From positions 11,715 to 75,714 of the forward strand of contig CBFHJL010000001.1 of assembly GCA_965656195.1 (NCBI GenBank): 64,000 nucleotides of DNA, in the 5' to 3' direction. Positions 46,232 through 55,734 of this stretch are shown one piece after another (position 1 is the first letter of the stretch; each line of letters opens with the position of its first letter). The notes beneath the pieces are model-generated. The model was given only the letters and a program-made list of their open reading frames with translations, had not been told where the DNA came from and did no database searches. The DNA is from Brumimicrobium sp. GTDB taxonomy: Bacteria > Bacteroidota > Bacteroidia > Flavobacteriales_D > Crocinitomicaceae. Made by a program: the position numbers and the translations under genes.

Positions 46232-47623
46232 CTACAAATGTATAACCTCGTCATACGCTGCAGCCGCCGCTTCCATAACAGCTTCTGACATTGTAGGGTG
46301 AGGGTGAACAGTCTTGATCAATTCATGACCTGTTGTTTCAAGTTTACGAACAGCTACAATCTCAGCGATCATTTCTGTAACGTTAGCCCCAATCATATGA
46401 CCTCCTAATAACTCACCGTATTTCGCATCAAAGATTAATTTAACAAACCCTTCTTTTGCTCCAGCAGCGCTAGCTTTACCTGATGCAGAGAATGGGAATT
46501 TACCTATCTTGAGATCATAACCAGCTTCTTTAGCCGCTTTTTCTGTCATTCCTACAGAAGCTACTTCAGGAGAGCAATACGTACATCCTGGGATATTGTT
46601 ATAATCAATTGGATCTGGGTTATGACCAGCGATTTTCTCTACACATGTAATTCCTTCAGCACTTGCTACATGAGCCAATGCTTGACCAGGAACACAATCA
46701 CCAATCGCATAGTATCCAGGGATATTCGTTTGGTAGTAATCATTAACCATGATCTTACCTTTATCTGTAGCGATACCAACATCCTCAAGTCCGATACCTT
46801 CTATGTTTGCTTCAATTCCAACAGCAGAAAGAACAGTATCACATTCGATAATTTCTTCTCCTTTCTTTGTCTTAACCGTAACCTTACATCCTTTCCCTCC
46901 TGTATCAACTTTCTCAACAGAAGAATCAGTCATGATCTTGATTCCTTTTTTCTTGAAGTTTTTCGCTAATTCCTTTGATACATCTGTGTCTTCAACGGGG
47001 ACGATGCTCGGAAGGTACTCAACGATTGTTACTTCTGTACCAATTGAGTTATAGAAGTAAGCAAACTCAACACCAATTGCACCAGAACCAACTACAACCA
47101 TTTTCTTCGGTTGCTTTTTTAATGTCATTGCTTCACGGTAACCAATTACTTTCTCACCATCCTGGGGAAGATTAGGGAGCTGTCTAGAACGCGCTCCTGT
47201 TGCAATGATCACTCCTTTATCTGCTTGATGTGTTTCTTTCTTGCCATTTGCATCCGTTACTTCTACTTTTTTTCCAGCAAGTATTTTACCTGTTCCAGAA
47301 AGAACATCGATCTTATTCTTTTTCATTAAGAATTGAACGCCTTTACTCATTCCTTCCGCTACATTACGACTTCTTTTCACCATTCCGTCAAAATTTACTT
47401 TACTGTCTTTAACAGTAATGCCGTAATCCTCCGCGTGAGATAAGTATTCAAATACATTTGCACTTTTCAATAGCGCTTTTGTTGGAATACATCCCCAGTT
47501 CAAACAAACACCACCTAATGATTCCTTTTCAACCACAGCAGTTTTTAATCCTAACTGAGAAGCACGGATCGCAGTAACATATCCTCCTGGTCCACTTCCT
47601 ACAACTATAATATCGTAACTCAT
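46232..47623 (-). CDS. lpdA: Dihydrolipoyl dehydrogenase
   Basis: GSGPGGY, GGVCLNWGCIPTK, HPHPTMSE. Confidence 0.97.
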   Translation of the reverse strand: MSYDIIVVGSGPGGYVTAIRASQLGLKTAVVEKESLGGVCLNWGCIPTKALLKSANVFEYLSHAEDYGITVKDSKVNFDGMVKRSRNVAEGMSKGVQFLMKKNKIDVLSGTGKILAGKKVEVTDANGKKETHQADKGVIIATGARSRQLPNLPQDGEKVIGYREAMTLKKQPKKMVVVGSGAIGVEFAYFYNSIGTEVTIVEYLPSIVPVEDTDVSKELAKNFKKKGIKIMTDSSVEKVDTGGKGCKVTVKTKKGEEIIECDTVLSAVGIEANIEGIGLEDVGIATDKGKIMVNDYYQTNIPGYYAIGDCVPGQALAHVASAEGITCVEKIAGHNPDPIDYNNIPGCTYCSPEVASVGMTEKAAKEAGYDLKIGKFPFSASGKASAAGAKEGFVKLIFDAKYGELLGGHMIGANVTEMIAEIVAVRKLETTGHELIKTVHPHPTMSEAVMEAAAAAYDEVIHL

Positions 47624-47706
47624 ATTCTTTGATTTTCTAAATTTCGTGTGACGAAGTTAATGAAAAGAAGGGTAAAATAGGGGAGAGAATTGGAATATTT
47701 TAAAGC

Positions 47707-47736
47707 AAAAAAAGGCACGTGATTAACGTGCCTTTT
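47707..47736. terminator. Intrinsic terminator after the 740-aa T9SS cargo gene
   Basis: AAAAGGCACGT-GATTA-ACGTGCCTTTT; longer T run on the - strand. Confidence 0.85.
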
Positions 47737-47757
47737 AAATATCTACTAGTAAAACTG

Positions 47758-49980
47758 TTATTCTATTACAAGTCGACTTGAATGAACATGATTATTAGTT
47801 ATTATCTGAACATTATATACATTGCTAGGAAGTTCACCTGTTTTAATCATGTGAGAATTGGTCCCTTTCTCAAAATAGGTTTTTGTTTGATATACTTCTT
47901 TCCCCATCATATCAAAGATGGAAATAGTGTAGAAATCATCCTCGGGAAAATTAAATATTAAATTAACCTTGTCTTTAGCAGGATTAGGGATGCAAACGAT
48001 TGAAGATTCTATAGAAACTCTATTTACAGATTCTATGGCAGAAAATTCCTCTACACCATCAAAATCAACAATTCTTAATTTGTAGTAGTTTATGCCACTT
48101 TCTGGAGAGTTATCAACGAAAGAATAGTAATTTGTAGATGTAGCATTTCCAGCACCTTGAATCGTTCCAATAGACTCGAAATGCTTATCGTCTGAAGACC
48201 TTAATACTTCAAAGAAGTCGTTATCTCTTTCCGATGCTGTAGCCCATCTTAGTACAACTGATTCGTCTAAATTCTCTGCTGTGAAATTTAATAAATCTAC
48301 TGAAAGCGGACAGGTTACTTCAAAGGTAGCTGTAGCTGTAGAGCCACAAGCATCAGTTACATCGGCTGTGAAAATATCCCCAGTGGTAAAGCCACTAACG
48401 TCAATAGTTGGTGTCGATTCACCAGTACTCCAATTATAAGTGTATCCTGGTACTCCATATTCTGGAGTAGGATCTAAAGTAGTCGTAACACCTCCAGCAC
48501 AGCTAGACGCTATTAAAGATGTAGATCCATTTCCTGTAGAACTGTTCCCAAGTGTTTCTATCGTTCTACCTTGAACAGTGACGCTCCACGCATCAAGTGA
48601 AACACATAGTGAATTATTCCAATTACAATTGTCGTAAACACCAAACAACTGTGTGCACCCAGAAGCTCGATTAATATTAAGATCAAAAGACAGCGTCTGA
48701 TTTGAGCAGGAAGGGGCGTAGCATTGAGCTAAGGATTGAGTTCCAGCCGAATTAAAAGGTAGCGCTGGTGTCCACGTTCCTGGAGTATTGCATCCTAAGC
48801 ATTGCCAGCTATTACCTGGGCTAGGTGAAAGCCCGCCGCAAGAGCTTTCTAACTCTACTTGAGCCTCCGCCATAAAGCAAGGATAGTAAAAACCGTAAAA
48901 ATCCCAGTAAATGCATTCCTGAGTATACACATTCCAAGTAGCTGATACATCCCATGGTGTTGAACCTCCAGGAAATAATACATTTATATTGTTTGAACAT
49001 TCAGCAGGTGCTTCAACAGATCCGGAAATCCCTCCGAATACTGGTCCTACCGCAGTTACCAGAGGATCGATGATTAGTGGGTATACTACGTTAGAATTGT
49101 GTAAAAATGACGAGTCTAATTCAAAGCTCAATTGACTGCCGTTAATCTCATATTCATGAGTCCAACCTTCTTTAATTCCCGAAAAGTCGTAAGATCGTAC
49201 TTTCCCGATTTTAGCACATTCCTGCTCCGTTAGAGTATTTATGATAGAAATAAATGGTAGGTTAGAGGTTACTGTATCTGTGATTTCGAAGTGACTAGGC
49301 ATTTGAAAATAATCGCTGAATTTTATGCGCTTGTAATCAGATTCGGAATTAAAAACAAATTCGGATTTAATAGCTCCTTTTTTGAATTGTATTCTAAAGT
49401 CAATGTCCGGAAACAAATTGGTAATGTAGATTGCTTCGTTTCCTACTTTGACATCAGACCAATTTGCTTCATAACTCACGACACCTCCGTTCATAAGTTC
49501 CGCTGTCATAGAGTAGTTATTAAATATTATCTCCTCAGCATTAATTTTTATCGAAGTAACCCCTTCACTAATGTTAACAGAAGTTGGGAAAGGTTGGTTG
49601 AGAGCTGAATAGACATTGTTACTTTCTTTTTCAAGTAAGGATGATATTGCGATCCAGTCATTATCTCTTTTGAAGTTGATAGGCGTTGCTGACTTTTGGA
49701 TGTAAAAAAAGTTCGGATTATCTAAATCCACATAATATCTCTTGTATGCGTTTCGTTTACTCAGATCTTCAACTACATTTTTGCCATAGGGCTTGTCAAA
49801 TGGTAAGATGCCAAATTCCGGATGATCAAAAAGAGTGTCAGGATTATATTTCTCCCCAAATTTTAATTCATATTCGGGCCTTTCAATATAGGTGTAATCA
49901 ATGGAATTACCTTTTAATCCGTTTTGACTATAAGTTAGGTTAACGAAAAGTACGAAAAGTAATAGTAGTTTATCTTTCAT
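47758..49980 (-). CDS. Modular T9SS cargo: N-terminal beta domain, Cys-rich core, SprB-like repeat, Ig domain, CTD
   Basis: Signal peptide ending TYS|Q; GVPGYTYNWSTG; PLSVDLLNF...W.TASE.DN..F; CIPNPA...NVYNV. Confidence 0.8.
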   Translation of the reverse strand: MKDKLLLLFVLFVNLTYSQNGLKGNSIDYTYIERPEYELKFGEKYNPDTLFDHPEFGILPFDKPYGKNVVEDLSKRNAYKRYYVDLDNPNFFYIQKSATPINFKRDNDWIAISSLLEKESNNVYSALNQPFPTSVNISEGVTSIKINAEEIIFNNYSMTAELMNGGVVSYEANWSDVKVGNEAIYITNLFPDIDFRIQFKKGAIKSEFVFNSESDYKRIKFSDYFQMPSHFEITDTVTSNLPFISIINTLTEQECAKIGKVRSYDFSGIKEGWTHEYEINGSQLSFELDSSFLHNSNVVYPLIIDPLVTAVGPVFGGISGSVEAPAECSNNINVLFPGGSTPWDVSATWNVYTQECIYWDFYGFYYPCFMAEAQVELESSCGGLSPSPGNSWQCLGCNTPGTWTPALPFNSAGTQSLAQCYAPSCSNQTLSFDLNINRASGCTQLFGVYDNCNWNNSLCVSLDAWSVTVQGRTIETLGNSSTGNGSTSLIASSCAGGVTTTLDPTPEYGVPGYTYNWSTGESTPTIDVSGFTTGDIFTADVTDACGSTATATFEVTCPLSVDLLNFTAENLDESVVLRWATASERDNDFFEVLRSSDDKHFESIGTIQGAGNATSTNYYSFVDNSPESGINYYKLRIVDFDGVEEFSAIESVNRVSIESSIVCIPNPAKDKVNLIFNFPEDDFYTISIFDMMGKEVYQTKTYFEKGTNSHMIKTGELPSNVYNVQIITNNHVHSSRLVIE

Positions 49981-50332
49981 AATTCTTCAGTATATAGATA
50001 CGAATATACAGTGTGTCTGAAGAGTATCAAAAACATGGATGTGGTCATTCATCTATTTTGTCAAAATACTGACAATAATGATAAGTTTGGATATGTAAAG
50101 TGTAGCAATACAGTTGTTTATGTCTCCATTTATAATCATTAAAATATTAACATATAGCTAGATTTTATTTAAAAATCACACTAAAAACGCACTGAAATAA
50201 ACTTATAAATTTCAACATGCTTTGCCTTGACAAAGCCTACTGAAAATTTCACGTTTTATTTCTGATTAACGTTAAGATTAATTTTAGAACAATGAGCTTT
50301 CATTTCAAATGAAAATTCATCAACTTTGACCT

Positions 50333-52081
50333 ATGAAATATTATCTATCAATACCCGCTCCGCAACAACAGTATATTCATTTTAAGACACGTTTTAAATC
50401 GCACAAGAAGCAAACTGTACTGAAGTTTCCTGCGTGGCGGCCGGGAAGATATCAATTAGGGGATTTTGCAAAAAATGTAAATCATTTCAACGTATTTACG
50501 AATGATGGCAAGCCACTTGGTTATACAAAAGTAGATAAGAATACCTGGATAATCGAAAATGGTGACACTACTGAATTTACAGTTCAATATAGCTATTATG
50601 CTCACGAACTAAATGCTGGATCTAGTTTCTTGGATGAATCTCAACTTTACGTAAACCCTGTAAACTGTTTTCTTTTCAATCCTGATGAGTATAACGATGA
50701 AATTCAGGTTTCACTTGATGTTCCGCAGCATTGGGAGGTGGCAAACCCTCTCGAGACTAAAAACAATAGGTTTACTGCAAAGAATTATGATGAGTTGGCG
50801 GATAGTCCATTTATCTGTTCGGCGGACTTACAAATGTCATCTTACGAGGTGAATGGCATTACTTTTAAAATATGGTTTAATGGAATAGTGAAACCTGATT
50901 GGGAATTGATTATTAGCGATTTTACCAAGTTCACAGAGAAGCAATTAGAAATGTTCATTGAGTTTCCAGTGAAGGAATACCACTTTCTATTTCAAATTCT
51001 ACCGTATAAAACATACCATGGAGTAGAGCATGAAAAGTGTACCGTAATCACTATTGGACCAAGCTACGATGTATTTAAAGATTATTACACTGAATTGTTA
51101 GGAGTTAGCTCGCATGAACTTTATCATACCTGGAATATCAAGTCTATACGTCCTGCTGAAATGATGCCTTATGATTTCACGAAAGAGAATTATTCTGAAC
51201 TTGGCTACATTGCAGAGGGAGTAACAACCTACATGGGAGACCTTATGTTATATAAGTCTGGTGTGTTCGGTCTTAAGCAGTACATCAAAGAAATGAATGC
51301 TCAATTGCAGCGGCATTTCGATAATTTTGGACGATTCAATTATTCTGTTGCTCAATCTTCTCATGATACTTGGCTGGATGGATATGAACTAGGTGCTCCT
51401 GGAAGAAAAGTTTCTATCTATACTGAAGGGTGCTTACTCGCCTTTATTCTTGATATCCACATATTAAAAGCTACCAAAAACAAGAAAAATTTGGATAACG
51501 TGATGCGTAGTCTCTATTTTGATTTTGGAAAAGAAGGGAAAGGTATCACTGAACAGGATTATCAAGCTGCTATAGAGAATGTAACTGGAGATTCTTTTCA
51601 ATGGTATTTTGATGATTACGTGAATGGTACAAATTCATACAATTCTCTTTTGGTTGATTGCTTTGAATATATTGGTTTGATACTTCAGCACGAACCCGTT
51701 AAGGATGCTGCAGCGGCTTACCTTGGTGCTAGAACAATTGTGAAAGATGGGAAAACAGAAATTCATTCCCTTTACCCAGGTGGAGCCATGGACATTGCTG
51801 GCGTAATGATCGGTGATGAAGTCGTAGGAATTAATGGAGTTGCAGTGAATGGAGATTTTCCGAAATGGGTTGACTATTTCATGGAAGACGAGAAAGTGTT
51901 ATCCATCAAACGAAAGGGGCAAGTTAAAACATTAGTAGTTCCTCAAACGAATAGACCGTATTATCAGCGCTACTATTTGGAGGTTGTTGAGAAACCTGAT
52001 AAAAATCAAATCAATGGGTTTGATGGGTGGAGAAGTGCTCCGTTAGGAGATCGAGGACATGCTAAGATAACATTAGATTAA
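50333..52081 (+). CDS. M61 glycyl aminopeptidase with PDZ domain
   Basis: PAWRPGRY, GVEH, SHELYHTWN (HExxH), AEGVTTY, PDZ segment GVMIGDEVVGING. Confidence 0.92.
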   Translation: MKYYLSIPAPQQQYIHFKTRFKSHKKQTVLKFPAWRPGRYQLGDFAKNVNHFNVFTNDGKPLGYTKVDKNTWIIENGDTTEFTVQYSYYAHELNAGSSFLDESQLYVNPVNCFLFNPDEYNDEIQVSLDVPQHWEVANPLETKNNRFTAKNYDELADSPFICSADLQMSSYEVNGITFKIWFNGIVKPDWELIISDFTKFTEKQLEMFIEFPVKEYHFLFQILPYKTYHGVEHEKCTVITIGPSYDVFKDYYTELLGVSSHELYHTWNIKSIRPAEMMPYDFTKENYSELGYIAEGVTTYMGDLMLYKSGVFGLKQYIKEMNAQLQRHFDNFGRFNYSVAQSSHDTWLDGYELGAPGRKVSIYTEGCLLAFILDIHILKATKNKKNLDNVMRSLYFDFGKEGKGITEQDYQAAIENVTGDSFQWYFDDYVNGTNSYNSLLVDCFEYIGLILQHEPVKDAAAAYLGARTIVKDGKTEIHSLYPGGAMDIAGVMIGDEVVGINGVAVNGDFPKWVDYFMEDEKVLSIKRKGQVKTLVVPQTNRPYYQRYYLEVVEKPDKNQINGFDGWRSAPLGDRGHAKITLD

Positions 52082-52154
52082 GCATACTTTCTGCTCTTTA
52101 AGTAAATAGGAGGAAACGACTAAAAGCAATTCTTGTTTTTATTGTAATTAACTC

Positions 52155-52586
52155 TTAGATTATCCCCAGTGTAGGCAGTTGTTTAACATTGTGATAAGTT
52201 AATGTTGCTATAATACATTTCTTTAATTCACGCGTTGGAATTTCATCTTCCATGTGAAATACAACAGCTCGGTTCCCTTCAAATTTAAAGGTGTTTTTGT
52301 AAACCAACCTGAAAGTCTCAACTAATCGACTGGTGCACTTAAAATACATTGCATATTGATCTGGTGTTTTTGATTTCCAATCCATTCTGAGCGTGCTTCC
52401 ATATTTTGTAATGTAACTCGGCTCACCCCACTTTAGTGTTTCTTCTATCGCTGTGACCTCCTCAAGTTCTTTGGCTGTTTCTAATATCAACTCTCTCAGT
52501 CCTAACATTCTCTTTCGAACTTTATCAGGGTAATTGGCGAAAACCAATTCAACTTTGCTGTCTGACCTCACCTCAATATGTTTCAT
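52155..52586 (-). CDS. DUF1801 (YdhG-like) family protein
   Basis: LRELI.E, ETLKWGEPSY, YFKCTSRLVETF, FEGNRA. Confidence 0.85.
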   Translation of the reverse strand: MKHIEVRSDSKVELVFANYPDKVRKRMLGLRELILETAKELEEVTAIEETLKWGEPSYITKYGSTLRMDWKSKTPDQYAMYFKCTSRLVETFRLVYKNTFKFEGNRAVVFHMEDEIPTRELKKCIIATLTYHNVKQLPTLGII

Positions 52587-52597
52587 TCGCCTTATTA

Positions 52598-53671
52598 TTA
52601 AGTAATAATTTCGAGAAGCTTTGTGATATCCTCTTTCGTTTGGTCCGCATGTAAACTAATACGAATACAACTACTTCCTTCAGGAACAGTAGGAGGGAAG
52701 ATGGTTTTTACACCAACCCCGTTCTTTAAACAAGACTGTTCGATATACTTTAATTCATCAATATCTCTAGATGTGAAAATCTTTATAGGTGAACTCGGAT
52801 CACTCTTAAAATCACATTTGTCAAAAAAGCTATTGAACATTGCGATGACAGAATGTAAGCGCTTAGTTCGTTCAGCAATCAAATCGTCCTTTAACAACTG
52901 AATAGATCGATGAATTACAGATTGCGGTAATGCCGTCGTATAAATGAATGATCGTGCAAAGTTGATTAAATAATCCTTGGTTGTTTGGCTGCAAGTAACA
53001 GCTGCTCCATGAGATCCAAAGGCTTTTCCTAAAGTAAACATTGTTATAAACGGATTGATACCAAGTGAATGACAGATGCCTTTTCCGTTAGTGCCAAATG
53101 TGCCACCGCTATGTGCTTCATCTACAATTAAATAAGCTTTGTACTGACTGCATAATTCTTCGACTTCTTTGACTTTACCGAATGTTCCGTCCATTGAAAA
53201 AAGTCCCTCTGTAATTACAAAACACGTCTTGTCCTTGTTGTTCTCAAGTTTAATTTTGAGATCATCTATATTGTTATGTTTGAATCGAATACCTTTTGCC
53301 AAAGAAAGTCGAATTCCATCTTTTATGCTTGCATGTGATAATTCGTCGAATAGAATGATATCATCTTTTTTCGGAATACTGGATAATACACCAACATTTG
53401 CAGTGTAACCACTATTGAAAAGCAGTGCTGACTCCTGTTTGAAAAAAGTAGCGATTTGATCTTCTAGTGATTCGTGTTCCTTAGTGTTTCCAGCAATAAG
53501 CCTTGAGCTTCCGGGAGCTTCACTGAGATTACTTTTAGTCGGGAAATTCGCTAATGAAAGATAATCATTTGAATAGAAATCAATGTCACATTCATCAATA
53601 CGCAATGACCTCAATATGCCAGATTGCTCTCGTTGATCGAGTTGACGCTTCATTGATTCTTCCAGCGACAT
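52598..53671 (-). CDS. bioF: 8-amino-7-oxononanoate synthase
   Basis: FYSNDYL, FNSGYTAN, EGLFSMDG, VDEAHS, TLGKAFG, IRISLH. Confidence 0.88.
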   Translation of the reverse strand: MSLEESMKRQLDQREQSGILRSLRIDECDIDFYSNDYLSLANFPTKSNLSEAPGSSRLIAGNTKEHESLEDQIATFFKQESALLFNSGYTANVGVLSSIPKKDDIILFDELSHASIKDGIRLSLAKGIRFKHNNIDDLKIKLENNKDKTCFVITEGLFSMDGTFGKVKEVEELCSQYKAYLIVDEAHSGGTFGTNGKGICHSLGINPFITMFTLGKAFGSHGAAVTCSQTTKDYLINFARSFIYTTALPQSVIHRSIQLLKDDLIAERTKRLHSVIAMFNSFFDKCDFKSDPSSPIKIFTSRDIDELKYIEQSCLKNGVGVKTIFPPTVPEGSSCIRISLHADQTKEDITKLLEIIT

Positions 53672-53692
53672 AACTTCTATTGTAAAGAGGGA

Positions 53693-54790
53693 TTACTTTG
53701 CAGAAACAACTTTTCTTGGAGAAAATTCACCACGTTCTTTACGAGCTTCTGCTAATTCTTTTTCACGAGCAGCAGCTTTTTTCTTTTTCTCTTCGATGAT
53801 TGCATCTGGTTTACTTTCGGGCCTTTCTCCATCTGCAAAAGCAGCTTTTGGTTTCAATCCAAGAATGTCGAACAGTTCCTTATCCTCATTGAACTCAGGG
53901 TTCGGAGTAGTGAGAAGCTTATCACCAGCAAATATTGAACTTGCTCCAGCCATAAAGCACATTGCCTGTCCTTCTTTTGACATAGATGTTCTTCCTGCTG
54001 ATAATCGAACTACTGACTCAGGAAATAGAATGCGAGTTGTAGCAACCATTCTCACCATTTCCCAGATTTCGACTGGTTTTTGATCTTCCATTGGAGTTCC
54101 TTCCACGGCAACTAATGCATTGATCGGAATCGATTCTGGTGGAGTATCCATCTTCATATACGACATGAGCAGCCCCATTCGGTCTTCAACAGATTCTCCC
54201 ATTCCAATGATTCCGCCTGAACATACTGAGATCCCAGCATTTTTAGCATTATCAATAGTCTTTAAACGGTCCTCATACTCGCGTGTTGAAATGACATCAT
54301 CGTAATAGTCTTCACTAGTATCCAAGTTATGATTATAAGCGTATAAACCTGCATTTTTCAAACGCTCAGCTTGGCTATCTGTCATCATTCCGAGTGTGCA
54401 ACAAACCTCCATATCTAGATTGTTTACTGCCTGTACCATCTGAATAACATTGTCGAAGTCGCGATTGTCACGAATATTTCTCCAAGCGGCACCCATACAT
54501 AATCGAGAAGAGCCATTTGCTTTAGCGTTTTTAGCTTGCTCAACAACCGTTTCAACACTCATTAGTTTATGTGTATCAACATCAGTGTGGTAACGAGCTG
54601 CTTGTGGACAATAACCACAATCTTCAGGGCATCCTCCTGTTTTTATGCTCAAAAGAGAACTCATCTGAACTTCATTTGGATCATGATGCTCACGGTGAAT
54701 TGTTGCTGCTTGATACATCAACTCCAACAGCGGAGTATTATAAAGCTTTACTAAATCTTCTTTGGTTTTGTATGCTGGATTCACTTTCAT
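53693..54790 (-). CDS. bioB: Biotin synthase
   Basis: KTGGCPEDCGYCPQ, YNHNLDT, CSGGIIGMGE, VRLSAGR; start set at ATG 54790 after -7 box TATATTTG (54810-54817). Confidence 0.96.
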   Translation of the reverse strand: MKVNPAYKTKEDLVKLYNTPLLELMYQAATIHREHHDPNEVQMSSLLSIKTGGCPEDCGYCPQAARYHTDVDTHKLMSVETVVEQAKNAKANGSSRLCMGAAWRNIRDNRDFDNVIQMVQAVNNLDMEVCCTLGMMTDSQAERLKNAGLYAYNHNLDTSEDYYDDVISTREYEDRLKTIDNAKNAGISVCSGGIIGMGESVEDRMGLLMSYMKMDTPPESIPINALVAVEGTPMEDQKPVEIWEMVRMVATTRILFPESVVRLSAGRTSMSKEGQAMCFMAGASSIFAGDKLLTTPNPEFNEDKELFDILGLKPKAAFADGERPESKPDAIIEEKKKKAAAREKELAEARKERGEFSPRKVVSAK

Positions 54791-54886
54791 ATTCAACTAT
54801 TTCTTAAAACAAATATAAGGGACTCATTAGAACCCTCGACTAAAAATTAGAATTTTCTATTGACAATTTACCGTTCAGAACTAAGG

Positions 54887-55636
54887 TTAAAGATATATCT
54901 GAATACCCATATTGAATCCTAACGCGTAGGGTCTTCTTATATATGGTGATTGACTATCATAATTATTAGATAGTTGTCTTCTGGCTTCAACCTGGGCGTA
55001 AATTCCGTAATTCTCATTGAACTGTATCTTCGTACCTAAAGAACCAATAGCATCGACAACGAAAAAATTAAATCCATCACGTTCTATGGATGTAATGTCA
55101 CTTTCCTGGTTATTAATATCAATTACGGTTTCTATTTTCTCCATCGAGACAAAAGCTTTGGGCATTATTCCAATTCCCCCAAAAAAAGAAATTTCTTCTC
55201 CATATTCATAGGATAACCGAATAGGGAATGAGATGTGTCTGTAAGTATTTATATATCTGTACACTGAATCTATTTCCGTGGATTCAAAACTGTAGGACTC
55301 TCTGTTTCTTGTAAACCCTAGTCCAATTTGAAGTTGAAGATTATTGTTGAGATCATTTCTTACACCGGCTTCAAAAGAGCTTACCCATTCACCGATTTCG
55401 TTTTCTCTTTCGCCCAAAGGGTCACCGAAGATACCATCATTTTCCTGAAGAGTTCTATAGGTGAAAGAAGGGCTAAAACCAGCATAAATCTCAATACCAG
55501 ACTTGTATGAAGGAAGGCTATGTTCTGACTCTTCCTGTTTTTCTTTCTTTTTATTTTGTCCTTGATCATTTGTTATGATCTGAGCAGAAAGACTAAATGT
55601 GACTATGAACGTTATGAGCAATAGTAAAAACTTCAT
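54887..55636 (-). CDS. Outer-membrane beta-barrel (PorT-like) domain protein
   Basis: Signal peptide ending LSA|Q; HISFPIRL.Y, C-terminal LGFNMGIQIYL. Confidence 0.65.
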   Translation of the reverse strand: MKFLLLLITFIVTFSLSAQIITNDQGQNKKKEKQEESEHSLPSYKSGIEIYAGFSPSFTYRTLQENDGIFGDPLGERENEIGEWVSSFEAGVRNDLNNNLQLQIGLGFTRNRESYSFESTEIDSVYRYINTYRHISFPIRLSYEYGEEISFFGGIGIMPKAFVSMEKIETVIDINNQESDITSIERDGFNFFVVDAIGSLGTKIQFNENYGIYAQVEARRQLSNNYDSQSPYIRRPYALGFNMGIQIYL

Positions 55637-55734
55637 GTTAATTTTTTAGAATATCAATTTGCAATCCGCACAAAACGATTAATTTTAGCTAACTTAAAAG
55701 TTATACTTAAACAATCAAACACAAAAGTACTGAT

